Shown here in pieces: positions 43,432-55,683 of a stretch of 57,827 nt of DNA. Source of the DNA: Rotaria socialis. Its lineage: Eukaryota. A program made the translations under genes and the position numbers. The stretch is taken from positions 1-57,827 of the forward strand of contig CAJNYD010000066.1 of NCBI GenBank assembly GCA_905331295.1. Direction: 5' to 3'. The first letter of the stretch is position 1; each line of letters opens with the position of its first letter. The notes under the pieces were generated by a model that ran no database searches, had not been told where the DNA came from, and was given only the letters and a program-made list of their open reading frames with translations.

Positions 43432-43757
43432 GATAATTTTTTTTTTGTTTTTTTAATTGATAGAATGTATACGTAGATTTATCAGCTACGATGTGAAACA
43501 GAGAATCTGACGATTACAGACAATATTCTAGTTTGTTTTTGGCATTATGATTCATGAGAATACATGAAAACACAAAGAAACAGGGGCGGCCATAGTTTGA
43601 TTGGTGAAAAAACATATCCCAATAGATTAATGTTATTTGTATAATAACGACATCTCTCTAAGAATTTGCTATATTTGTTCGTGCCCTCGATCTTTACGTT
43701 TTTAATGTCGCGATTTTATGTTTAATGTCATCGTGCAATTGATACACGCAAAAACAA

Positions 43758-44253
43758 TAGGATGTGGGTGTGGGTGCGTGCAACTGAAAAGAAGATCGAC
43801 TCACCCACACCCACACCCACACCCATCGCTATTTGAAATTGTTAATTCCTTAAGATCAATATATGAGACGAAGAATCAAATTGAACTATTTTAGTTTGTT
43901 TAAAAACTTTATTTTCTAACTTAACATTAGATATAGTTTCGAACGTGGATTGTGAATCCTTCTGCGTTTTCATTTACAAATAGTGATGCCTAAAGTTTCA
44001 GAGATTTTCTTCTTCTTCTCTTCACATTTTGTTCCTTGTAAAGATATTACTTATCTGTCGATATTTACGAAGGATATTTCATATGAATAACTTCGAAAAT
44101 CTCCTATCCATCTTCAAATATTTATATTCGTATGAGATGTTTCCTTTCTTATCATCAATTGCCGATTTGAACGAGGACGTACATGGTTACAAAATGGCCA
44201 ACTAAAAACAACATTATATTTCTTTTTCAGTCTACTTCAGCCTTTATTTAATA
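43758..44253. repeat. End of a DNA-transposon-like element with (TGTGGG)n-rich terminus; inverted copy of 47316-48178
   Basis: About 500 bp nearly identical in reverse complement to 47316-47745 plus 48117-48178. Begins taggatgtgggtgtgggtg. Confidence 0.85.
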
Positions 44254-44744
44254 GAGTGAAAGTAAACATACAAATTATTTTTACTTTTTCGGTGAAAGAA
44301 CGACTGGCATTTGATTTTTTTTCTTATCAAGTTTGCTTAACAACCGTCGCTCAGTAGAATTCATTTTAACATTGACTGTTTTTCTCTTTTCCAGCATGAA
44401 ATTTTCATTTCATATTCGTCAACATGTTTTTTTTGAGTCGCGGTGCATTGAGTTGTTTTGTTTGTAGCCAATTTGAAACAACAGCTCGGAAATATTTCTT
44501 TATTGAACTTCTTTTTATATGTATGATCATATATCCGTGCGTGATATTTTGACATTAAGAAAAGAAGTTCTAAATATTGAACGAGTGTCAGTTGTATTCC
44601 TTCGCAATAGCAGAAAGATATGATAGATCCAACCATTTTCGATGTGCTACCGATCGAGAGAAAACGCGCTTCATACTAATATTCCACACGATGACTGAGC
44701 TTTAGCAACAAATTGATGTTTATTTTTAGGATCTCAACGGCAAC

Positions 44745-44883
44745 ATGCACCGCAGATATCGAAACGTCGAAATTGAACAGCTTGCTGCTAGTTTAGACGA
44801 CGAGACAGAATTGGATTTAGAGTCCAAGCATTTGACTGATCAAGACATAGAGATTTTGGCAAAGCGATTGCGAAAAAATAGAG
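44745..44883 (+). CDS. First coding exon of an RNI-like leucine-rich-repeat protein
   Basis: MHRRYRNVEIEQLAASLDDETELDLESKHLTDQDIEILAKRLRKNR followed by a GTGAGT donor; LxLxxxxLTDQDIxxLAxxL repeat pattern. Confidence 0.65.
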
Positions 44884-45346
44884 TGAGTAGTATTATGCTG
44901 AAATTTTCATTTATATACCATCGCATCCTAGCAAAAAGACTATATCGGCGCGAATATCATTTTCTTGAGTTTGAAATTGCAGAAGATCATTACTCGTACT
45001 CTTACATGAGAAGTTTTACGTAACGTTGGAGGAACAATATACTTGATATCCACTGTATATTGACACGGTTGGAACTACGATTTCTTCATTTTATTTTGTA
45101 TTTTATTTTATCGTGTTTAACCTTACTTATAATTGTTTTTAAATATAGATTCTTTTTCATTAATTACTTCTATCCCTATATAGTTTAAATACTCTTCTCT
45201 GGTGCAGTTCTGACTATACTTTTCAAAGATTTCATTTATGGGTACGCATTAAAAGATCATGCTGTATTTTGATATGTCAACTTCTTATTGTTTCGTTTAG
45301 AAAAAAGTAGATCTTTATTTGATTTTCACTAATTAAATATGATTAA

Positions 45347-45850
45347 ATAGAGTAAATGGGGGTAAGCGTAAAATGAAAAATAGTATGCCTTAGAATAATT
45401 GCGATAACGTTTTTAGTTTTGATTTAAAAAAAGGTTTTGGTCACAAGTCACCTAGCTAAGATGACACTCTATCGACCGGTGCAAAAATCAACTGAAAACC
45501 CTGTACATAGAGCTATCTACAGGGTATTCTTTGATCACGATTTTTCGAGTTTACATTCACCCTCGTTGGGGTGAATGTATAATCCCTGCTATTTTATGTC
45601 AGTTCTGTAAAACACAATCTTTGAGAGGTTGACGCTTCATTTGTGTGTGTTTCTTTTCATCAATCGATAGCTCAAACATTTCTCTATCGCTCGAAACTAA
45701 TCTTAACTCTCTAAGTCAAAATTAAACGTGTTTTTAGAAAGCTAGCAAAAGCAGCTCCAAAATAAAATTTCGTAAAATATCGAAAATATTCACCTCATAT
45801 GGGGTGACTGTATAATCACGCTGGTGTCACTGGGGTAAATGTATAATTTC
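45347..45850. repeat. Probable MITE fragment with repeated ggggtRaatgtata motifs and hairpins
   Basis: Perfect 11-bp hairpin tacattcaccc-tcgttg-gggtgaatgta (~45552-45579); related motifs at ~45358, ~45800 and ~45832. Confidence 0.5.
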
Positions 45851-46572
45851 AGCAGATTTTGCTGGACACCCTAAAACTCAACTTTCATCAGACTCACCAG
45901 GAATTTTCAGGTGTTCTCAGCAGAAAAATCCTTCGGAATGATGAGCTCATTAATTTGAAAATATTTCACAAATAAACTTTATGATTTTTATGTGGATTTT
46001 GTTAGTTACACGAGAGCCAAAATGTCAATCGACAACATACAAATAGCTGTTTTTCAAGGGAATTTTGCTAAGCATGAGAGTTAATTAATATATTTTTTTC
46101 TCATTATAAGAAGTGAACATCTATTTCAATTATATTTATGCTCTTATTTAGGAAAGAATAGTTTTCTTATTTACTAAAATTATTAATTAATCAACTTTAT
46201 TTTTGATTTTGTCTCAATTTTATTAAATAGACTAACAATTTGATATGTTTTTCATACAAGCTAGGCGTAAAACTGCGATCTATCTTAAAAGAAATCCTCA
46301 AATAGATTTTTAAAAAACAATTTTAGGTAAATGTGAAGAATTATTAATCTAGCTACAAAATCTTCCAATAATCTGCTACCAATTACATATATAAGTTAAT
46401 AATATCTTCTTAACGTCCTGGCCTTGGATTCGTTCTATATTTCCTATAAAAATGAAAAAAAGAAGTATAAAATTGCTAAAAAACGCTCTTGTTTTAGTAG
46501 GGGTGTGGGTGTGGGTGTTTGTGAGTATAAACACAATACAAACCATTACCCACACCCTGATTTATTTTGTAT

Positions 46573-47314
46573 CAGTTATGGGACCGGTTCGGTTCCAAAT
46601 GTTCGGAACCGATTTCTTTTAGATATATATTCTAATCTATTTTTTAACTTGTTCACTAAAAGTGAATGAACAAAGTATATCTATATCGTATGATGGAATA
46701 TAAATGAGTAAACTAATTCATCAATCATTTTGTTTATTTTATTCAAAAATATGGTGAAGCTGTCGACTGCGTTCAAAAGGTCATTATCAACACTAAATTT
46801 AGAAGAAAGAAAATTACATATAATATATAGAACAATTTTTATTTTTCGTTCTATTCTGCACATTGTATTACGAAGTGAAGAAATTCGTTTCCTCGGTGCG
46901 ATGTTTATAACAGAACAAAAAATAAAAATAAGAATAAAAATTGTTGTATGAATTATGAGTATTTCTCTTTCATGTCAAATTAGTGCTGATAATGACTGTT
47001 TGAACAAGATCGAAAACTTCACAATATTTTTGAATAAAATAAGTAAAATGATTGATGAGTTAGTTTAGCTTGAAGACAGTATAGCACATTTTTATGATTC
47101 AACCAACTGCTTCATAAATCTTCAGACACGAGTAATAGTCTTGCTCATCTCAGTATATACGTTTACAGGCAACATTTTAGTAGAAAAGCACTCATATATA
47201 TATAAACAAATATTAATTGATTATCAATTTGTATTAGTTTTTAATTCACTAATTAAGCATCGCTCTGTTTTGAACTTTAAAATAATCTTTAACATACAAC
47301 AAGAAAGTGAGAAA
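46573..47314 (+). mobile_element. Left 740 bp of a hAT-like non-autonomous element (direct copy of 50974-51723)
   Basis: Starts cagttatgggaccggttcgg and matches the 50974 copy closely until 47314. Preceded by TTTTGTAT (46565-46572). Confidence 0.85.
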
Positions 47315-47315
47315 T

Positions 47316-48178
47316 TATTAAATAAAGGCTGAAGTAGACTGAAAAAGAAATATAATGTTGTTTTTAGTTGGCCATTTTGCAACCATGTACGTCCTCGTTC
47401 AAATCGACAATTGATGATAAGAAAGGAAACATCTCATACGAATATAAATATTTGAAGATGGATAGGAGATTTTCGAAGTTATTCATATGAAATATCCTTC
47501 GTAAATATCGACAGATACGTAATATCTTTACAAGGAACAAAATGTGAAGAGAAGAAGAAGAAAATCTCTGAAACTTTAGGCATCACTATTTGTAAATGAA
47601 AACGCAGAAGGATTCACAATCCACGTTCGAAATTATATCTAATGTTAAGTTAGAGAATAAAGTTTTTAAACAAACTAAAATAGTCCAATTTGAGTCTACG
47701 TCTCATATATTAATCTTAAGGAATTAACAATTTCAAATAGCGATGCTCATGATGAAAAATAGTATTTAGATTAGTCACAAAATGTACAGCAGACTTGTAG
47801 TAGTTTAAAACCAATAAAATATATTGAAATGACTTCGTTCTTGAGGGTGTGAGTAAGAAAAGCATAGGATATCTTACGTCAAAATTCGACCATTTCCAGT
47901 AGCATTTCGGCCATGTAATTCCTTATTATTGTAGCTTCAAAGCAAGGACATCATTCGCTACAACTCACTATCAGCGTAATTAATCATGACTTTTATTTCA
48001 ATCCCGCATGCAAAGTCCATATTCTACATAAATCTCATTAAACAGCTCTTAGCAAGTTTCTATTCATATTTCTACAAACATTTACAAAACAGCTTATCAC
48101 ACCAATGAATTCGATGGGTGTGGGTGTGGATGTGAGGTGATCTTCTTTTCAGTTACACGCACCCACACCCACACGCTA
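47316..48178. repeat. Second copy of the (TGTGGG)n-ended element end, with an extra 366-bp segment
   Basis: Inverted relative to 43758-44253; ends cacccacacccacacgcta. Segment 47746-48111 is flanked by CGATG repeats. Confidence 0.85.
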
Positions 48179-48179
48179 C

Positions 48180-49645
48180 CGTGGTGATGGTGGATATAGG
48201 GGCAATAGATATAATTATCAATATAAAAGTTATTATAGCAATCGAAATAATAATAATAGTAATAACTATTATCATCGAAATGATATTGTTCTCAATCAAA
48301 ATTGTCAAAAACGTTTTCAACAACGTTACAAACGTGCAAATATAAACAATGGTTATCCTCGCAATCAGTATCTATATGAAAAAACAAAATTTGTTAGAAG
48401 TCCAAAAACAACTCGTTCTACATCGAGGCAACGACAACCACAACAACGACAGCGGCGTAGAAGTGGATCAAGCCAACTACAATTAAATGATTTTATGCCA
48501 CCACAACTACGCGATGCATCACCAGCAAATATGCCGAATCTGTCAGTAAACTTTAATTTAACAACTTCTAATATAACAGCAACGAATACAAGTTCCAATA
48601 TACCGGTGGGTGCTCTACCACAACGGTCAATTTTTGCGACACAAGCAATACGAACAACGAATGATACAACTCAACGATTTAATGTTTATGATGACTCTAA
48701 TGAAAACGTCAATGCACAACAGCCGAAGCAGAAAAAGAAGAATAATCAATCAGAACATCAGACGACTACTACGACTACAGCATCGTATAGACGTCGTCAA
48801 CGTCGAAATCGTCAACAACAATATCATAATACAAATGATCGAAATGGTCAAAATTTTAATCGGTTTGCTGCATTAAAACAAAATGATGCATCAACAGATA
48901 TCGAATCAAATTATGATGAAGGTGACGATGAAACAATTGATAGTTCTTCAAGAATAGAAGATAATATGGTTGATTACAGTGAAAAAGAACAGATAAATAA
49001 GACAAACGTTAAAAATGGTCAAAATAAAAATGATTAAAATCAAAATAGAAATTATCAAAATAATAGAAATAATAAAAATAATAACAAAGATGATAAAAAT
49101 AAGCATAACAAACTTAGAAGACGAATTTATTTGGAAACCAATCGAATCATGCATTATATGCAAGATAATGCTACAGTTATTGCAGGTGGTCGTGGTAATC
49201 ATGCTTATATATTAGCCGCAGCTCCTATCTACGATGAATGGATTCGAAATAATTATGAACTTCGAGTTTGGCAAACTTATCTTCAAATAGGCATACAAGG
49301 CAGACATTGGGCAAAAGAAGTCAGTACACGTATAAAAAAACGTGGCAATGTAATAAATAATCGATTTATTAAAAAGAAAATCAATCGACTAACGAATAAT
49401 ATAGCTCAAGCAAGTGCTACGATTACAAATTTATAAATTCAATTAAGTACTTATTGGACTCAAACAACACTCGGTGCACTAAATTCTGCAACTGTAACAC
49501 CTACACCCAAGATTCGTGATGCAGTCGATCGATTAGAAAAAGCTATTTCAAAATATATTCAAAATTGTACACAGCATGTAAAAAACATGGCTGAAAATAA
49601 AATAAGATTAGTACAAGTACAAATGGAAGAATATAAAGCACTACA
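48180..49645 (+). pseudogene. Degenerate intronless ORF (N/R/Q-rich N-terminus, then helical/coiled-coil region), possibly from a Penelope-like retroelement
   Basis: Coding-like sequence continues across a frameshift near 49030 and a stop at 49434-49436: RRRSGSSQLQLNDFMPPQLR ... YDEWIRNNYELRVWQTYLQIG..HWAKEV ... DRLEKAISKYIQNCTQHVK. Truncated at both ends by other repeats. No RT motifs in the window. Confidence 0.5.
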
Positions 49646-49809
49646 CTGATAAAAAAAATCCGGGTAAAGATAAACTCTTAAAGGATTTATGAAAATGCAA
49701 CGTATGATATACCCTTTTTGACCGTTTATCAGGATGTGATAAACCCTTTTATCTACCCATCAAAAGACTAAATAAAAGGGTTTATCAAGTTGATATACCA
49801 AGTGTGGAA

Positions 49810-49909
49810 NNNNNNNNNNNNNNNNNNNNNNNNNNNNNNNNNNNNNNNNNNNNNNNNNNNNNNNNNNNNNNNNNNNNNNNNNNNNNNNNNNNNNNNNNNN
49901 NNNNNNNNN
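49810..49909. other. Assembly gap (100 N)
   Basis: Run of N. Confidence 1.
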
Positions 49910-50824
49910 AGCTAATATGTCGAGAATGTTCAATCGACGAAGATCATCTCGAAAAACTGCTTGACATCATCATTAATCGTTCTTCAATTCGTTGTCTAAA
50001 TATGGGTTCGGTTCGTGTACGAAACTTTTTCGGAATCACAAAGTATACTTGTCAAGAAATGGTCGCCGAGTTCAACAATCAGTCATTGAAAGTTCGCTTC
50101 TCCAACACTTATTATGATGGTAACACGCTCATGTTCACTCGGTTTCTGCTTCAAAACAAGATACATAAAAACTTGAATTTATCCGCAACTGACTTTCTTT
50201 GGCATGAGTCCGATCTTCGACGATTTCTGGAATCTAATGCAGTTCTAACAGATCTAGCTGTAGAGTACTCCAACAACATCGATATCCTCAACAGTATATT
50301 AAGTTTGAAAACAAATGCACTACAGAATTTAAAGCTGACTCACTCATTGTGTGCTTCTCCAACTTTCTCACATTTCTGTGAATTGCTGAAGAAGAATAAA
50401 AAACTCCTTGAAATAGATCTGATGGACCCGAGTGGTCTTAACGACGACGCCTGCATCAAGCTTCTTCTGGACACTTTGAAAGATCACAAATCAATCAAGC
50501 ATCTTAGTTTGCACATTCGAAATATTCGACCAGCTGATCAAAAAGAAACCTCTTTAATGAAATCATTACAAGAACATGGATTTATTTCACGTCTCTGTAT
50601 ATCGTCATCACTTATCTCACGTGAATTCATAGAAGCACTTCTTTATGCTTCAAAAGAGCAGAGTACGTTAACTTATTTGGAGTTTTATAATTGCAAAGTG
50701 AAAAAAGATGATAAAGCAGAAATGCAATCGTTATATGATAATGGAAGTTTACCTCATCTGGCTTTTTATGAAGAACCACGTTGGGATGTGTTATTAAAGG
50801 AAACAAATGGATCGTTAAATAGAG
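49910..50824 (+). CDS. Internal exon of an RNI-like LRR protein (partial)
   Basis: About 300 open codons with LRR-like periodicity (LKKNKKLLEIDLM, LKDHKSIKHLSLH, STLTYLEFYNCKV) and a GTAAGA donor at ~50825. Confidence 0.7.
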
Positions 50825-50973
50825 GTAAGAGAAGTAGCATCTTCAACGACAATGGTAGTTACAAATTTGTGCAGCTAGTCACTTTAGTCTGAAGAGAGAA
50901 CTTAGAACAGAATTGAATATGTTTTAACTGAGTCGTAGTTTTAAAAACTGATTCAATATTTCTAACTGGAAAC

Positions 50974-52244
50974 CAGTGATGGGACCGGTTCGGTTCGGTT
51001 TCAAATGTTCGGAACCGATTTCTTTTAGATATATATTCTAATATATTTTTTAACTTGTTCACTAAAAGTGAATGAACAAAGTATATCTATATCATATGAT
51101 GAAATATAAACGAGTAAACTAATTCATCAATCATTTTGTTTATTTTATTCAAAAATATTGTGAAGCTGTCGACTGTGTTCAAAAGGTCATTATCAATACT
51201 AAATTTAGACGAAAGAAAATTACATATGATATATAGAACAATTTCTATTTTTCGTTCTATTCTGCACATTGTATTACGAAGGGGAGAAATTCGTTTTCTC
51301 GGTGCGATGTTCATAACAGAACAAAAAATAAAAATAAGAATAAGAATTGTTGTATGAACTATGAGTATTTCTCTTTCATGTAAAATTAGTGTTGATAATG
51401 ACTGTTTGAACAAGATCGAAAACTTCACAATATTTTTGAATAAAATAAGTAAAATGATTGATGAGTTAGTTTAGCCTGAAGACAGTATAGCACATTTTTA
51501 TAATTTAACCAACTGCTTCATAAATCTTCAGACACGAGTAATAGTTTTGCTAATCTCTCAGTATATACGTTTACAGGCAACATTTTAGTAAAAAGCACTC
51601 ATATATATATATAAACAAATATTAATTGATTATCAATTTGTATTAGTTTTTAATTCACTAATTAAACATCGCTCTGTTTTGAACTTTAAAATAATCTTTA
51701 ACATACAACAAGAAAGTGAGAAAAAAAGGATCTAATTAATATTTAAAAATGGATAATTTTACTGAGATTTTCAGACCTTTCAAGTTTAGCCAGTCATAGT
51801 GGTTATTACTCCTCAAACTGTAAAAAACGAAATAAAATTTAAACTTTTGATAAAATCGTTATATTTTGAAGGGCAAATTTTTTCCTATTCAATAGATGCG
51901 TTTCCCATCATCATTAGGTTACTATTTTCAAGTGTTTCGTCAATTCGAAATGGTAAACTAGAAAAGTACAGAACAAAGACTGGAAAGTGTAACATATAAA
52001 TTATTTCTCAAAACCTACTTTATATGACATTCTCACACAACGTCATTCAATGAATAATAACCTGCTAGTTGAAACAAATTCTAAGTCATTCTTAGAACTA
52101 TCGAAAGTATTAAAATTACGTCTTCAATAAATTGTTATAAATGAATATCTTTAAAAACAAAACAGCAGAAATCTACAAACGATTTTTTTATCTTTTAATC
52201 GGTTCGATTCGGTTCGAAAAAAACACGAACCGATCCCATCACTG
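50974..52244 (+). mobile_element. Complete hAT-like non-autonomous element (~1.27 kb)
   Basis: TIRs cagtgatgggaccggttcg and cgaaccgatcccatcactg; subterminal ggttc/gaacc repeats; followed by TTTTGTAT (52245-52252). Confidence 0.85.
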
Positions 52245-53327
52245 TTTTGTATTAGTTTATTAATATGTAAATAAACATATTTCGATTGAATTTAATTGTG
52301 TCTGACTCATTTAATTTAATTTAAGAAAGAATTAAAATGAAATATTGACAAAAATTTCGTGCATATGTTAAGTTGATGCAGGAAAAATTTAAAACAACGT
52401 TTAATTCGAATCTAAACAACGAATTTTCAATATCCTGTTTTTTTTCTGATTTTTTACACCTTTCCCTGTATTTTTAAAAAGTTTGATCCTGTGCTAATTT
52501 CTACATGTTCAAAAACTTGCAATCCGAGGCCAGAACTTTCAAACTATAAATCACTGCTAGACACAACTCGAAAAGCTCTATCGATTGCAAACAAGATAAT
52601 GTTTTCTAAAACGCATTCTTCTGATTAAACAGTAGGTCAATTTTTTGAAAAAGTGACATTTTCATCCGCAATGCTAATGCTTTCGCAATGAAAGCTTTTT
52701 TAAAATTGTACTCATCATTAAATCGACCTAATTTTATCAGAATTTAATAGATAACTGATTTTTCTAGTTATGAGACGCTCAGATAAGACTTTATTTAAGT
52801 GGATCAGCTAAAAAAGATTTAAATCCTATGAAAAAAGCTATTTGTGCTGTAGATGTTCACTGAGGTGACTTTTTCTTTATACCCATATAGATTATTCTTA
52901 AACACTTATAGGCATTCCTGAAAATGCCCATGATGCGGAATTCAATTACAAGAAATCGAGCTTCTTAGATGCATTCTTAGAATTTGAAAAGAACCTTGGA
53001 AATATATAAAAGATTGAGTACGAAATAATTGTTATTGGATGAGTCACATACATTAACCAATAAATATTTTTTGGTTCATTGTTTTAAATTCAAGTTAACA
53101 TGAGTTTGTAGAGAATTGAATTTTGTATCTGCTGGTGAGAACTTTAGAATTGTGTGTTATTTGTGTATCAGAATATTTGCAAGAGAAAAAATGTCGCAAA
53201 ACTTTTGCCCCACCCGGTGTATATATATATATATATACATACTTGTGTCGCCTATTCAACACAACGGGTGTCTTTTCTTCACCACTAAATATTATCTTTT
53301 TTTGTCATTCCGCTGTCTTATAAACAA

Positions 53328-53799
53328 TAGGGGTGTCACATTTTAATTTTAAAATAAATTAAAAATCAAGCAGCGTAAATTGAATTGTTTCAAAACTCAA
53401 ATTAGTTAAATTTTGAGAACTAGTAGATAAACATATTTTTTTGTTTGATTGCTACTATTTAAAGTCTAATTTGAGTATATTTCCTGTTTTCTAAAGTTAA
53501 AGACAGTCATTATTCTTCTACGAATTATGCTATTAAATATATTTTTATGAGTATCCCAGTATTCTGAAGGAGAAAGATGACGGATCCTGCATAATCTGCA
53601 GAGAAAATTTGACTATTATGAACAAATATTAACCTCAAATATTAGGTTCACCTCTCATTTACTAGTTAGTACTATTAAAGTCACGTATTTTCTTCATAGC
53701 AATGATGTGTATCCCCATGCAAGCAATTTATTAAATTTTAAATTTAACGTCGTGCTGAAGTTTAATTTAAATTAAATAAACTGTAAATTGACACCCCTA
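53328..53799. mobile_element. Possible MITE with TAGGGGTGTCA terminal inverted repeats
   Basis: taggggtgtca (53328-53338) and tgacaccccta (53789-53799); no clear TSD. Confidence 0.5.
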
Positions 53800-55683
53800 A
53801 TAGCCCCTAATAAATGAAGAAGAGTCATCACGTTGTATGATCTTTTATAGTCATTCGATATTTTCTTTTAAACCATAATTAGTGTTCACTATACAGAACT
53901 TCACTTTGACAAAAATTACTTTGTCAAACCATGAGATACCCAAGAGACAAGGAGGTGTGTATTACAGGCAGCTTTACTGTAGTTACTTCTGTAGCACTCA
54001 TGGATCCATGAGCTTGTCGCGACAGAAAAAAGCAATAAGAAGCGAATGATGGTGAAAAATTCATCAATATCAAGTATTTTTCCTTTTAACTTCAATTTTT
54101 CAGAACAAAAAAGAGAAAGGGGAGGAGTGGGATGCCNCGCTGCTTGATTTTTAATTTATTTTAAAATTAAAATGTGACACCCCTATTGTTTATAAGACAG
54201 CGGAATGACAAAAAAGAGAAAGGGGAGGAGTGGGATGCCAGACATACAGTAATCATCCTGATTATTTTAACAATTATGAGATACGACACGTACTTGAACT
54301 AGTGGGAACGACGGCAGCCACCAACACTCCCACAAAAAACACAAATACTAGAGAAGCTACTTCTTTATGCGCCCTACAATAACAAAACACAGTATATCAT
54401 CCATACCTATGATAATACGCTAAACATTTCACCATGAACAAATTTCAAGAACTCAAATCGGCCAAATACCCACCCACTCCACCCCTACATGTCATTTCAC
54501 TTTTAAATCTTTCAAACAAAGCATTTTTTTCCTTGTCGCTTATATGCTGCTCGTATTATTCAATGACCAATTATACAGTCGCTCGACAGAGGGCGCCAGT
54601 TATCAGCAGCAAGTCAATCGCTTGATACCTAAAAATACGTTTTTATTTATTTAACCAGACTTAAAAGCAATTCAGATTTTTATTTTTTTCTCATCATTCT
54701 CTACTCATCTATCTCATTTAACCATCTCCACTTTTTATCACAGACACTCACCACACTTGATCTCTCTGTGAATCAAATCGGAGACGAACTAATGGATTGC
54801 TTGGCTAAACTGATCAAGCGTAATGGAATGCAGAAATAATTTGACGATGATGTCAGCGATAGACGGTTCCACAATGAAACGAATTTCATAGCGTATAATG
54901 AACTAAGTTGCGGTTTTTGATGAAGCGAGAAATAAAATTAAGGGATTTTTGTCACGATAGAATATATCATAGAAGTTAAATAGTGTGAGGTTGTAATAGG
55001 CGTAAGAAACTGATAGAAGTTATATGTATTCCCATTATTGGTGATCTTGTTGGTATCTGCTCAGTGAAAAGGAGATAGGAACTTGATGTTTATCATTGAT
55101 AAATTCCATATACTGTTGAATGTCCTTGTTAAACTAGGCTAGGAAAGATGGGTGTGGGTTGCTGGAGCGCGTTCATCGATGATACGTTTGTGTTAATGAA
55201 TAGTTGATGTTAGAATTAATTCAAATTGTCGAATAAATGCCGCGCAGCTTTTCACCTCCCCGATATAATTTTTTATTGCGCATGCTTAATACTAAATATG
55301 ACGGGCAGTGCGCAAACTGTGCCTGATAAATGTGTTCACTATTCTCTTTCTCGTAGAGATGAGTCTAGCAAACATAAATTGTGTGGTTGCTTGTGTGTCC
55401 ACACTTCACTGATTGGTGGGAGAAAGTACTTAAAGATATAAAACGCAGTTTGCTTTATAAGGGTTGACCGGAAGGTAATCGGAGTCCAGAAACTCAAATA
55501 TGGTGCTAGTTTTTTAAAATTTCTGTTCGATGATTATGGTTACACAAGGGATCAAGTTTTGAAGAAAGATTTCAGCTTGATGACATCGACAATTGTTTAG
55601 TGTGTAAATAGATATCATGCAGAAATATCTAGTTTGATGTCCCATGATGTAGTAATTGGCAATTATTATTCTCTGGAGAAACT

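Noticed and set aside
43758..48178. True telomere or CRISPR-like array
   Set aside because: Only 2-4 hexamers per site, internal and in both orientations. There is no repeat-spacer periodicity and no cas genes; the DNA is eukaryotic.
44745..50824. A single LRR gene model joining exon 44745-44883 to the post-gap exon
   Set aside because: Plausible but untestable across the gap and the rearranged repeats, so the exons are reported separately.
46681..51428. Duplicated short ORFs (MCRIERKI..., MFILFKN...)
   Set aside because: They are by-products of the duplicated palindromic AT-rich repeat and show no transposase motifs.
54105..54239. 32-bp direct duplication plus a 78-bp exact inverted copy of 53298-53375 on either side of a single N
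   Set aside because: It is centred on an N at 54137 and the copies are exact, so a scaffolding artefact is the most likely cause; it needs read support.
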